Virus record (IMG/VR): IMGVR_UViG_3300027780_001348
Coordinates: 1-57,527 of that record
Source of the DNA: a virus
Lineage: Duplodnaviria > Caudoviricetes
Length of the DNA stretch: 57,527 bases
Strand: one strand, 5' to 3'
Shown: positions 19,110 through 27,789 of the stretch, one piece after another
Numbering within the stretch: the stretch's first letter is position 1
Layout of the letters: every line of letters starts with the position of its first letter
Position numbers and translations under genes: made by a program
The notes under the pieces: generated by a model
Told to the model about the DNA's origin: nothing
Seen by the model: only the letters and a program-made list of their open reading frames with translations
Database searches by the model: none

Positions 19110-19942
19110 ATAAGTTTTACTCCTAATGACTCTCCTAATTTAAGATAGTCAAGTTTCTTTCCAATAACTGAACCGTGCTTTCCTGTTTCGTAGTTGTGTG
19201 CTTGTAACATAATACAGTCGCCTACAACACTAGAAATACAACCAATTGCAGTATGGCAATCACCATCAATAACTTTTAACATTCTACGTTCTGCCATTGC
19301 AGCATAGTAAGTATCTAAGTGATTCTTTGTTTTTATTATTTGACTTGCTTCTGAGTCTTTTACAGTTTGTAAAGCAATCACTCCTTGCCCGATTGCAGGC
19401 AGCATTTCATCAATATTAAATATCTTGTTGATGCGATGTTCAAGTCCAAGTGTTTCTAATCCTGAAACAGCAAGAATAATCGCATCATACTCCCCAGCAT
19501 CTAATTTAGCAATGCGAGTATCAATGTTTCCTCTAATAGGAGAAACTTGTATGTACGGATTTAATATTTTTAATTGAGCGGCTCTTCGTGGGCTACCAGT
19601 GCCTACTTTTGCATTAATGCCCATGTTACCTATAACACAATCTCTTGGATCTCTGCGTTCTAGTACTGCGCTTATTTCTAGTTCAGCCACTTCAACATCT
19701 GCTGGCATATCTTTTAGACTATGCACAGCAACATCTATATCTCCGTTAAGTAATGCAGTTTCAATTGCACTACAAAATACAGCTTTGCCGCCTATCTCAT
19801 GAATAGGCACATCTTGATGTATGTCACCATCTGTTTTAATTACAACTATCTCTACATCAATAAATGACTTGTGCTCTAAGATCATCGTTGCTGCACTAGC
19901 ATAAGCCAATGCCAGGTCACTTCCTCTTACACCAATTCTCAT
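19106..19942 (-). CDS. hemC: Hydroxymethylbilane synthase
   Basis: RGSDLAL, GGKAVF, AVHSLKDMP, GTGSPRR, RGNIDTR, GDC cofactor Cys. Confidence 0.95.
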   Translation of the reverse strand: MRIGVRGSDLALAYASAATMILEHKSFIDVEIVVIKTDGDIHQDVPIHEIGGKAVFCSAIETALLNGDIDVAVHSLKDMPADVEVAELEISAVLERRDPRDCVIGNMGINAKVGTGSPRRAAQLKILNPYIQVSPIRGNIDTRIAKLDAGEYDAIILAVSGLETLGLEHRINKIFNIDEMLPAIGQGVIALQTVKDSEASQIIKTKNHLDTYYAAMAERRMLKVIDGDCHTAIGCISSVVGDCIMLQAHNYETGKHGSVIGKKLDYLKLGESLGVKLI

Positions 19943-20727
19943 CAATCCCACCTTACACTAGGCGGTAAACTCATTAGTATTGCTTCCATGTTTCCACCTG
20001 TTTTAAATCCAAATCTAGTTCCACGATCATAAAGTAAGTTAAACTCTACGTAGCGGCCACGTTTCCGTTCTAGTATTTGTCTGTCTCTACTTGTATAGTC
20101 CATATTTATTGTAGGAGTAATGATACTTCTGATCAACGAGTTGAATGTTCGTCCTACATCTTTAACAAAATTAAAGTCCATATCCTTTGGATCATGATAC
20201 TCAAAGAAGATACCACCTACACCTCTAGTTTCGTTGCGGTGTGGCAAGTAGAAATACTCATCACATGCTTTACTAAACTTAGGATAGTAATCACTGTTAT
20301 GCATATCGCACATTTGTTTTAGACTTGCATGATATGATTCTTTGTCAAATGGCATACAAGGAGTAACATCCATCCCACCACCAAACCATTCTTTAGTTGA
20401 TGTCTTTAAGTAACGAGTGTTAAAATGCATAGCAGGAGCATGAGGGTTCCATGGGTGTAATACAACACTAATACCTGTGGCACTATATCTGTTGTGTTCT
20501 TCTGTACCTGGAATCTCTTTTGCAAACTTAGGATCAAACTCCGAAGTAACCTTACTGAAGTTAACAGTGCCTTTTTCAAACACATCACCGTAGATTGTTC
20601 TGTGAAATTGATCCCACTCTTTTTTAGACGAGCCTTTGTGGCTAGTCATATTGCAATCTAAATCTTCTATTGTATTACAAATCGTATCTTGTAATGACTG
20701 GAACCATTGACTATATTCATCAAACAT
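19942..20727 (-). CDS. hemF: Oxygen-dependent coproporphyrinogen III oxidase
   Basis: HP.NP.AP.MHFNTR, WFGGG.D, RGVGGIF, RGRYVEFNLLYDRGT. Confidence 0.96.
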   Translation of the reverse strand: MFDEYSQWFQSLQDTICNTIEDLDCNMTSHKGSSKKEWDQFHRTIYGDVFEKGTVNFSKVTSEFDPKFAKEIPGTEEHNRYSATGISVVLHPWNPHAPAMHFNTRYLKTSTKEWFGGGMDVTPCMPFDKESYHASLKQMCDMHNSDYYPKFSKACDEYFYLPHRNETRGVGGIFFEYHDPKDMDFNFVKDVGRTFNSLIRSIITPTINMDYTSRDRQILERKRGRYVEFNLLYDRGTRFGFKTGGNMEAILMSLPPSVRWD

Positions 20728-20771
20728 GAACTGTCCTTTTTTACTTTGTTATTATTATATATCCTGCACTC

Positions 20772-20803
20772 AAAAAGAAAGGCAACACTATGGTTGCCCT
20801 TCT
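20772..20803 (-). terminator. intrinsic terminator
   Basis: AGAAGGGCAAC...GTTGCCTTTCT hairpin plus T-run. Confidence 0.6.
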
Positions 20804-20896
20804 CAGTTACTCAGTAATCTTATTATTCTATACTATCGCTATGCGTTCTAATGTTAGCTTCATCCTAAAATAGGAAATATATAATGTTACTTTAGT

Positions 20897-21208
20897 TTAC
20901 TTGTTGCCACTTACAAAAGCATAAAACTTTTCAGCAGCTTCTAATACTGCGTCAGTACCAGGTACTTCTGGCATTTCTACAGTTGTTACAACTTCATCAC
21001 CTTCTTTGGTAACTAGGGTTGACCATCCTGCAAAATTAGCATGATAGTCGTTCCAAACATTGCCTTGGGCAAGTTCTAAAACTTTAGTTCTAATTTCGTA
21101 ACCGTTTTTATTTGTAGTTACTTTTGGCATCATGTCTTTGACCATTTCTGCCATAGCTTGTGTCTGCTTTAATATCTCAGCACCATGCTTTGATTCTACT
21201 GTACTCAT
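20897..21208 (-). CDS. conserved phage hypothetical protein
   Basis: NGYEIR..VL..A...VLEAAEKFYAFV; AAAGGAG RBS. Confidence 0.8.
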   Translation of the reverse strand: MSTVESKHGAEILKQTQAMAEMVKDMMPKVTTNKNGYEIRTKVLELAQGNVWNDYHANFAGWSTLVTKEGDEVVTTVEMPEVPGTDAVLEAAEKFYAFVSGNK

Positions 21209-21281
21209 AATTCTTCTCCTTTATTATGTATGTGTGTGTAGTGTTACTAGTGTAACGTAGTATTTAGTACTTGTCAACCGC

Positions 21282-21404
21282 TTAGATAATACTAAGTGAG
21301 TGCCAAATTACTGCAAAACTAAAAAATGCAACGATACCGAATCCTATGTTTTCACATAGTTCGCCGTCACACTTTATTAGTAAATTATCAAGTAAATTTT
21401 TCAT
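21282..21404 (-). CDS. small membrane protein (40 aa)
   Basis: MKNLLDNLLIKCDGELCENIGFGIVAFFSFAVIWHSLSII; GGAG RBS. Confidence 0.6.
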   Translation of the reverse strand: MKNLLDNLLIKCDGELCENIGFGIVAFFSFAVIWHSLSII

Positions 21405-21419
21405 AAGTCTCCGTGTGTG

Positions 21420-21497
21420 TTATTTTGTAGTAGGGGTTTTGACTGGATTAGAAACCCAGTCACATTCTTCGTCAGTCATTGGTTGCCAGTTACACAT
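21420..21497 (-). CDS. micro-ORF (25 aa)
   Basis: MCNWQPMTDEECDWVSNPVKTPTTK; start overlaps the upstream stop. Confidence 0.45.
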   Translation of the reverse strand: MCNWQPMTDEECDWVSNPVKTPTTK

Positions 21498-21720
21498 GTG
21501 CTTTACCTTTCCATGTTGCAACAGACTTACCTTTCATGTAATGATCACCTGCTTCGTAGCTATTTTTAATCTTCATCTTCTGAAGTTCTTCTCTAGCTTC
21601 GTCAGCAGCTTCTCTTAATTTATTAACATGTTCTTGGGTAATCCCGTACTGGGATTGTAACATACTTGCAGCTCTAGTAAGACCAATAATCTCACATCGT
21701 TTGATTATTCTTTCCCACAT
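21490..21720 (-). CDS. small hypothetical protein, paralog-like to 21941..22141
   Basis: G..RAA..L motif; coupled. Confidence 0.7.
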   Translation of the reverse strand: MWERIIKRCEIIGLTRAASMLQSQYGITQEHVNKLREAADEAREELQKMKIKNSYEAGDHYMKGKSVATWKGKAHV

Positions 21721-21944
21721 TAGAATCTACCTCTATGTACAGTTCCGCCACTACAAATATGATTGATGTCACCGCGGGTGATACCAATGTCACGCAATTC
21801 GTAATCGCTTAACTTGCTCAGTTGTTTGTAGCCTTTGTGGTCAAACTTAGGATCAAACCTGCTTTCAGTAATAAAGCCTTTAAAGAAGTTTTTAATTGCA
21901 TCGCAGAAGGAACAGTAAAAACGTGTAAGTGTTTGAGTACTCAT
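21720..21944 (-). CDS. DUF1127 (YjiS-like) protein
   Basis: QLSKLSDYELRDIGITRGDI signature. Confidence 0.9.
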   Translation of the reverse strand: MSTQTLTRFYCSFCDAIKNFFKGFITESRFDPKFDHKGYKQLSKLSDYELRDIGITRGDINHICSGGTVHRGRF

Positions 21945-22141
21945 TTTTTTACTCCATCTAACATAAGTGCTTTAGCTTCGTCGTGCATTCCCATACGGCT
22001 AAGTTCGGCAGCCGCTCTTGCTCTGCCAGCTGATTCGCCAAATGCGATCATACTAACAAGTGCTGTGATTGCGATTGTTTTAACTGCATCGCAAAATGTG
22101 CAGTAGTAAGTACTAATAGTTGCTGAGGTCATTATACCCAT
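21941..22141 (-). CDS. small hypothetical protein
   Basis: GRARAAAELSRMG..DEAK; shares YCxFCDA with the neighbouring gene. Confidence 0.75.
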   Translation of the reverse strand: MGIMTSATISTYYCTFCDAVKTIAITALVSMIAFGESAGRARAAAELSRMGMHDEAKALMLDGVKK

Positions 22142-22353
22142 CCTTGTAAGTTTATGTTTCTTTTTAGTTTGCCGTCGTTCCAGGGATGTAAGTCCCTAAG
22201 TGTCGGTGCGGCTCCGTTATGGTCGAGCATATGTTGATAGGCAAACTGCCAGTCATGTTTATACTCTGTCTTGGCCCATACGAGGTAAGAATCATTCTTC
22301 AAAGAAGGCTTAGATCCAAACAAATCTCGTAGGACTTTAATCACTTTTTTCAT
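22132..22353 (-). CDS. small hypothetical protein
   Basis: AGGAG RBS; WAKTEY..DWQFAY. Confidence 0.75.
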   Translation of the reverse strand: MKKVIKVLRDLFGSKPSLKNDSYLVWAKTEYKHDWQFAYQHMLDHNGAAPTLRDLHPWNDGKLKRNINLQGWV

Positions 22354-22378
22354 AGTGGTTCTCCTGTTTCTATGTTTT

Positions 22379-22497
22379 GGATGCTTAAGGAAAGCAATAC
22401 CCCGGATCTTCCCCGGCGGTGCATGTACCTTTGGTACACGTCAATCACTTGTAAGGCATGGATGGTGCCCCGGTCTATCCCAGTGTCTGTGTGTGTT
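22379..22497 (-). ncRNA. candidate structured 5' leader RNA (five hairpins)
   Basis: GC-rich hairpin chain in an AT-rich intergenic region; see findings. Confidence 0.55.
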
Positions 22498-22736
22498 AAT
22501 TCAATTTGAGAACGTTGGAAAACGTGTCTGCGTTGTAATAACAGTTGTATTTATATAATAGTACAGCCAACCTAATAAAAAATCAAGTATTTTGTGGTAA
22601 AGGCTGTCATGCATTATGCGCATGAGTGGATAATTATATATGTTGAGTGTTAAATAGATTGACAGGCAATATCCATTGTTATATAATTTAATAACAAAAA
22701 GGGTAAATACACATAGTAATATTTGGAAATGAAAAA

Positions 22737-22997
22737 ATGAAAATTAAAACACGATCAATTTTACAGGAACTTAATGAGATCGCTGACCGCAGAGATGCAG
22801 AGTCACTGATCCAGAGCCGAGCGACAAATATTATTAACTCAGCAATAAACCTAATTGAATCTATGCATAAGCATTATGATCAGTCTACAGCTATCGAGCT
22901 AGAGAGAAGGTTTATTAACTCAATTAAAGGCGCTGATGGCACTAAATTTGATAGAGGCATCAAGCGAATAATTGAATCCAAGAAACGAGACAAATAG
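22737..22997 (+). CDS. conserved phage hypothetical protein
   Basis: TRSILQEL...SAINL...RRFINSIK. Confidence 0.8.
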   Translation: MKIKTRSILQELNEIADRRDAESLIQSRATNIINSAINLIESMHKHYDQSTAIELERRFINSIKGADGTKFDRGIKRIIESKKRDK

Positions 22998-23762
22998 ATG
23001 ACAATCCTTAACGAAGGCGGAAACATATTTAAGACACCGGAAGGCGAGTCTGCAACAACAAGAATAATGCAGGCGGATGTATTACCTACGGTTGAATGGT
23101 TAGAGGGAGTAACGAACTTAGAACTTACAGATAATATGTTAGGCACTACTGGAAAGAAAGAAACCAGTGGCGACCTAGATCTTGCAGTTGATGTAACAAA
23201 GATGTCCAAGGCAGAGTTAGAAGCCAAATTGACAGACTATGTTACTACAAACAACATGCAGGGTATACCTAAAGAGTGGGTACGCAAGACAGGCATTAGC
23301 GTACACTTTAAAACTCCGATCAAAGGTGATGACTCGAATGGTTTCGTGCAAACGGACTTTATGTTCGGTGATCCAGATTGGATGAAGTTCAGCCTACAGG
23401 GAGGAGGACCTAATTCACCTTATAAAGGTATGCATCGTCACATCCTACTTTCCAGCATAGCAAAAACGAAGGGTATGAAATGGTCAGCAAATGAGGGTTT
23501 AAAGGATAGAGAAACCAACGAACTAGTATCAAACGATCCTAATCAGATTGCTAAAACATTACTAGGTCAAACAGCAAGTCCATCAACATTAGAAACAGTT
23601 GAGTCAATTGTTAACTACATTAAGAAGTTACCAAACTATGACGATCTAGTTGCTGATGCAGTAGACGCATTTGCAAGAGATGGGTTAACTTTACCGGATA
23701 ACAAGCAGGTAGAAACTTATCAAGCAAATTGGATGCGTAGAATGATAGACTCTGTTAAATGA
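22998..23762 (+). CDS. Pol-beta-type nucleotidyltransferase-like protein
   Basis: LGTTGKK..SGDLDLAV and downstream VQTDFM. Confidence 0.7.
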   Translation: MTILNEGGNIFKTPEGESATTRIMQADVLPTVEWLEGVTNLELTDNMLGTTGKKETSGDLDLAVDVTKMSKAELEAKLTDYVTTNNMQGIPKEWVRKTGISVHFKTPIKGDDSNGFVQTDFMFGDPDWMKFSLQGGGPNSPYKGMHRHILLSSIAKTKGMKWSANEGLKDRETNELVSNDPNQIAKTLLGQTASPSTLETVESIVNYIKKLPNYDDLVADAVDAFARDGLTLPDNKQVETYQANWMRRMIDSVK

Positions 23763-23905
23763 GAATAAGCGAAGTAGTTGATATTCGTTATTCGTTAGCT
23801 GACAAACTTTCAAAGATGCACACGGTGGGAGCAGTATACGGTAAGAAGGATCTAAAAATACCACACGCTACCTATGTAGATAAAACAAAGAAGAAGAAAA
23901 CATGA
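23759..23905 (+). CDS. small basic protein (48 aa, MRISEV N-terminus)
   Basis: Hand translation; ATGA overlaps at both ends. Confidence 0.7.
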   Translation: MRISEVVDIRYSLADKLSKMHTVGAVYGKKDLKIPHATYVDKTKKKKT

Positions 23906-25149
23906 GAGCATTTGAAATCACAACTGAAGCCAAAAAGAAACCGAAGCTGTTAAAGCCTCGTGATCCTAACTGGCGTGAAATGGATGCATTGCGCAAAAGC
24001 GGTGCAGCTGGTTCTCACAACGATAAAACAAAAGCTATTCCACGTAAACAAAAATACAAAGACAATGTTACTGAAGCAGCAGTAGGCAGAGAGTTTAACC
24101 ATGTAGAGGATCTAGTGTTTACTAATCCAGATGATGGTGCAAAACGTGCTGTTAATATTTTAAAGAGTATGGAAACAGACTCTAGTGATGTTGCAGTTAA
24201 GTGGGACGGAAACCCTACAGTATATTGGGGTCGTGAAGATGACGGAACCTTTAGGTTGGTAGGAAAGAATAACTGGGGCAAAGAAGAAGGTAAAAGTTCT
24301 AGTCCTGAAGAATTAGAAAAGTTTATTAATAGTCGCGGCAAAGGCGAAGACTGGCGTCCTAAGTTTGCTAAAGATATGGCAACATTGTGGGACATCTTTG
24401 AAAAGGCCACACCAGTAGACTATAGAGGTTATGTATATGGAGACTTACTATTCCATCAAGGCAAACCTTATGCAGGTAGTGATGGTAGTATTAGTTTTAC
24501 ACCTAACCAAACTACTTACAATGTTAAAACAGAAAGCGAGATTGGTCGTAGACTAGCTAAGTCTAAAGTTGCAGTAGCGGCACATGCTACATATGGTTAC
24601 TTTGGAGACAAGACTGGAGATCCAATTTCAGATGTAAAAGCATTCAACGGTAACCTAGATCTTGTTGTACTAGGACAGCAGTACGTTAGTAAAGCACCAG
24701 CTGTTAACGCAGACAATCTAGGCAACATTGAAAAGGTAGCAAACAAATCACAAGCAAACATTGCTAAGTTTTTTGCTAAACAACCTGGATTAAGTGACAT
24801 GGGTAATATCTTTTACACATTCGTTAATCAAATGAGTCGTGCTAAAAAGTTAAGCGAGTTAAACACAAACTCCTTTACAAACTGGCTAAAGAATTCTAAA
24901 GTATCAGTTAACAAACAAGCTAAGATATTAGCTATGGTTGATGCTGATAGTCAAACAGTTGCTGACACATTCTATCTTATCACAGAGATAATGAAAGCCA
25001 AAGATGAGATCATTGCAGAACTAGATGCTGCTGAAGGCGATGTAACTGCTACTACAGGCGGTAAACCAGGTGGAGAAGGCTTTGTTAAGACAAAAGACAA
25101 GGTTAAGTTAGTTCCACGTGATAGATGGACACCTTTTAGAGCAGATTAA
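23902..25149 (+). CDS. ATP-dependent (RNA) ligase-like nucleotidyltransferase
   Basis: KWDG (motif I), GDLL (III), GEGFV (IV), KVKLV (V). Confidence 0.6.
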   Translation: MRAFEITTEAKKKPKLLKPRDPNWREMDALRKSGAAGSHNDKTKAIPRKQKYKDNVTEAAVGREFNHVEDLVFTNPDDGAKRAVNILKSMETDSSDVAVKWDGNPTVYWGREDDGTFRLVGKNNWGKEEGKSSSPEELEKFINSRGKGEDWRPKFAKDMATLWDIFEKATPVDYRGYVYGDLLFHQGKPYAGSDGSISFTPNQTTYNVKTESEIGRRLAKSKVAVAAHATYGYFGDKTGDPISDVKAFNGNLDLVVLGQQYVSKAPAVNADNLGNIEKVANKSQANIAKFFAKQPGLSDMGNIFYTFVNQMSRAKKLSELNTNSFTNWLKNSKVSVNKQAKILAMVDADSQTVADTFYLITEIMKAKDEIIAELDAAEGDVTATTGGKPGGEGFVKTKDKVKLVPRDRWTPFRAD

Positions 25150-25257
25150 GCTCAAAATAGCCTAAATCCCCGTAATTTTAAAGTAATTGATAAATATTAC
25201 TGTAAGAAAAAAGCCGGTCCCTGAGCGGGATCATTTAATAATCGAGGAGATAATATT

Positions 25258-25656
25258 ATGGCAGATCTATCAAACGGTAGCGGAGTCTATCAAACATACG
25301 ACAATAGCGGTTCAGGTGTTGCAGAATTAGGCGACAACAAAGCAGCTAAATCAGGACAAGGTATTGCAGGACGCACTCGTGTTCTTAATCTTGCTAAATC
25401 AAACATGACAACAGTAGAGTTAGAAGCAGCAATTAAGTATCTAACAGCTGGTGATGTATCAGGAACTAACGATGCACACACTGTCGTAGCTGTACAACCT
25501 TTAACTGAATCAGGTGTATTCACAAGTGGAACAACTGACGCAGTACAAGTAGTAATCCAAGGAACAGGCGCAGCAACAATGGCATCTAACTTTGGTACTG
25601 GTTCAACTGGCATTACAGCAACTTTGATTGCTGAGTTCTCAGGTTTACAAGCCTAA
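25258..25656 (+). CDS. putative virion structural protein
   Basis: Late promoter, GAGGAG RBS, Ala/Gly/Thr-rich. Confidence 0.7.
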   Translation: MADLSNGSGVYQTYDNSGSGVAELGDNKAAKSGQGIAGRTRVLNLAKSNMTTVELEAAIKYLTAGDVSGTNDAHTVVAVQPLTESGVFTSGTTDAVQVVIQGTGAATMASNFGTGSTGITATLIAEFSGLQA

Positions 25657-25683
25657 TTAACTTAGACATAACGGAGAATTAAC

Positions 25684-26100
25684 ATGGCAGATTTATACGG
25701 ACAAGTCGTAAGAGGTGATGGTGTTTCAACTTATACAGTTGGCGCTAATAACCAAAAAGCAGCACAGCCATTGTCAAACATGGGCACACGTGAGCTTACC
25801 TTTTTAACAGTTACAGCTGGTGGTGATACACCATTTGCAGTAGCCCAGTTTACTACAGCTGGTGGTTCTGCAGACGCAGTAGTTAAAGGTATTGCAGTAG
25901 CAGGTGCAGAGGTTTATCATTTCCAAAGAGTTAGTGACACAGTAATGGCACTAACACTTGGTTTAGATACATCACATGTTTATGACGCTGACGGTACTAC
26001 TGTTGGTTATGGTGTATTAGAAGCAGCTATTAAAGCAGCTGAAAATGCAGCATCAAGCAACTCTACTAACTTTACAATTGCAGCAGCAACATTTAGTTAA
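25684..26100 (+). CDS. putative virion structural protein (paralog-like, MADL start)
   Basis: GGAG RBS; composition similar to the previous gene. Confidence 0.7.
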   Translation: MADLYGQVVRGDGVSTYTVGANNQKAAQPLSNMGTRELTFLTVTAGGDTPFAVAQFTTAGGSADAVVKGIAVAGAEVYHFQRVSDTVMALTLGLDTSHVYDADGTTVGYGVLEAAIKAAENAASSNSTNFTIAAATFS

Positions 26101-26118
26101 TAGATAAAACTTAATATT

Positions 26119-26151
26119 AAAAGGGTGTCAGGAAACTGGTGCCCTTTTTTT
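26119..26151 (+). terminator. intrinsic terminator
   Basis: AAAAGGGTGTCAG-GAAA-CTGGTGCCC-T7. Confidence 0.85.
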
Positions 26152-26171
26152 ATGACCGGTAAATATGTGTG

Positions 26172-26561
26172 ATGAAAGTATATAAAGTAAAGACAACCGT
26201 AGACATTACACGAGCAGTACCTGATCGTCATGCGTCAGCTACCCCTTTAGAAAATGCTCAACAATCGAATTTTAATTCGTTAGTGCAGGGCATTGAACTA
26301 CGAGCTCTTGTGCAGTGGAATCACTCGCCTCAAATGGTAGAACATCCTAGTGTAGAAAATGAATGGTATTGGGAATTCAATATTGAACGAGAAGATGTTT
26401 TCTTAAAGGACAACGATCATGTTGGACTACTAAAAGAGGATCTAAACAATGTACCAATCATCCCCCATCTAAAAGAAACTATTAAATTTAAAAACCCTGT
26501 GTTTGTAACAGAGGGTGAAGATCAAAACATCTGGATACGTCTAGATGATTCTGTTAGTTAA
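26172..26561 (+). CDS. hypothetical protein
   Basis: ORF track; late-type promoter. Confidence 0.75.
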   Translation: MKVYKVKTTVDITRAVPDRHASATPLENAQQSNFNSLVQGIELRALVQWNHSPQMVEHPSVENEWYWEFNIEREDVFLKDNDHVGLLKEDLNNVPIIPHLKETIKFKNPVFVTEGEDQNIWIRLDDSVS

Positions 26562-26600
26562 GTGTATTGATAAATTACACTAGCAATAGGCTTAAATAGT

Positions 26601-26900
26601 ATGATGAAACAAGACAACAATCAAACAAACTGGTCGTGGATGATGGTACTATCTGTATTCGTTATGATTACAGGTTTCCTATTATCTCTGTACGGACTAC
26701 GTGTTAATTCCTATCCTTGTGTGTATGTTGGTATTAGTGTTATGTCAGTTACGAGCATAGTTTGGTGGTGTTGGGTTATGTTTGTAATTAGAGATATGTT
26801 TAATAAACTTAGCAGAACTACAAATCAACTAGGTGAAGTTAAAAGCGAATTATCAGCAATAAAGAAGCTAATTCGTAACCTGTTTTCTACTAACAAATGA
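26601..26900 (+). CDS. two-TM membrane protein with coiled-coil tail (holin-like?)
   Basis: Two hydrophobic segments. Confidence 0.6.
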   Translation: MMKQDNNQTNWSWMMVLSVFVMITGFLLSLYGLRVNSYPCVYVGISVMSVTSIVWWCWVMFVIRDMFNKLSRTTNQLGEVKSELSAIKKLIRNLFSTNK

Positions 26901-27015
26901 TAAATACATTGTAGGTAACACTACTAGGCAAGCAAGGCATTATAATTCAAACGCATTAGGCTAACAGCAAAGTTTACTAATTGCCCATAGAGAATGGGAG
27001 TTTACGGAGAATATA

Positions 27016-27255
27016 ATGGCGAGTACGTCTACTACAAAATTAGAAAGAGAAAATTTAGAAGCGCATGTTGATCTTTGCGCTATTCGTTATGAAGCTTTAG
27101 ATAATCGAATGACTAAGTTAGAAGTTAAAGTAGATCATATTCACGAAGATGTAGTACAAGGCCAAAAAGGTATTACTAAAGTAATCATTGGCACAACAGG
27201 AACAATCATTGCAGCAGTTTTATCAGTAGTAGTTACAATCTTACTCAAGATGTAA
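27016..27255 (+). CDS. coiled-coil protein with C-terminal TM helix
   Basis: LEAHVDLCAIRY... followed by a hydrophobic C-terminus. Confidence 0.75.
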   Translation: MASTSTTKLERENLEAHVDLCAIRYEALDNRMTKLEVKVDHIHEDVVQGQKGITKVIIGTTGTIIAAVLSVVVTILLKM

Positions 27256-27283
27256 CCCAACAAAATATATAAGTTGTAAATAC

Positions 27284-27307
27284 AAAGGACAAAAGGTCCT
27301 TTTTTTT
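27284..27307 (+). terminator. intrinsic terminator
   Basis: AAAGGAC-AAAAG-GTCCTTT plus T-run. Confidence 0.7.
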
Positions 27308-27748
27308 ATGACTAACATTTCAAAACGCTTTGAGCAACTAGTAACCAAAACTTATAGGGAGTTCCTAGAACAAGGAACCATACTACCCTCAACGTCTGAA
27401 AAAGGTATTCATGTTGGAGATGTACTAATACAATCCGATGGACCGTTTAAGAATATATTAAAAAGAGATAAATTAGTATATAAGGATATAAGTTTAAATG
27501 TTATTGCTATTAGAATAGCTAATTTACTAGCATGGAATGAAGATAAAGCATTACAAGATAGTTTATTTGCTGCTGATCTACTTTATAGCAGGTACTATAC
27601 AGATAGCAACATATTTTTAGATAGATATCATAGGGCATGTAATAGTTGTGACGAAGTAAAAGCAGAAGTTATGTGGTGTCGCTACGAAGATGCTAAGTAC
27701 AAAGCGATCAACGCTAAATCGGAAGCAGAGAGATTAGCGGCGTTTTGA
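27308..27748 (+). CDS. hypothetical protein
   Basis: ORF track. Confidence 0.7.
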   Translation: MTNISKRFEQLVTKTYREFLEQGTILPSTSEKGIHVGDVLIQSDGPFKNILKRDKLVYKDISLNVIAIRIANLLAWNEDKALQDSLFAADLLYSRYYTDSNIFLDRYHRACNSCDEVKAEVMWCRYEDAKYKAINAKSEAERLAAF

Positions 27749-27789
27749 ATAAATACATGTAACAGAATACACATTTGGGGATTATCGAA

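Noticed and set aside
22379-22497. Assignment as a SAM-II/V, cobalamin or c-di-GMP riboswitch
   Set aside because: Only fragmentary resemblance (GTGATTG, GGGAAG); the core consensus is not met, so it is left as an unknown motif.
26915-27015. ~100-nt leader with weak hairpins before the TM coiled-coil gene
   Set aside because: The pairing is too weak to support a structured RNA by eye.
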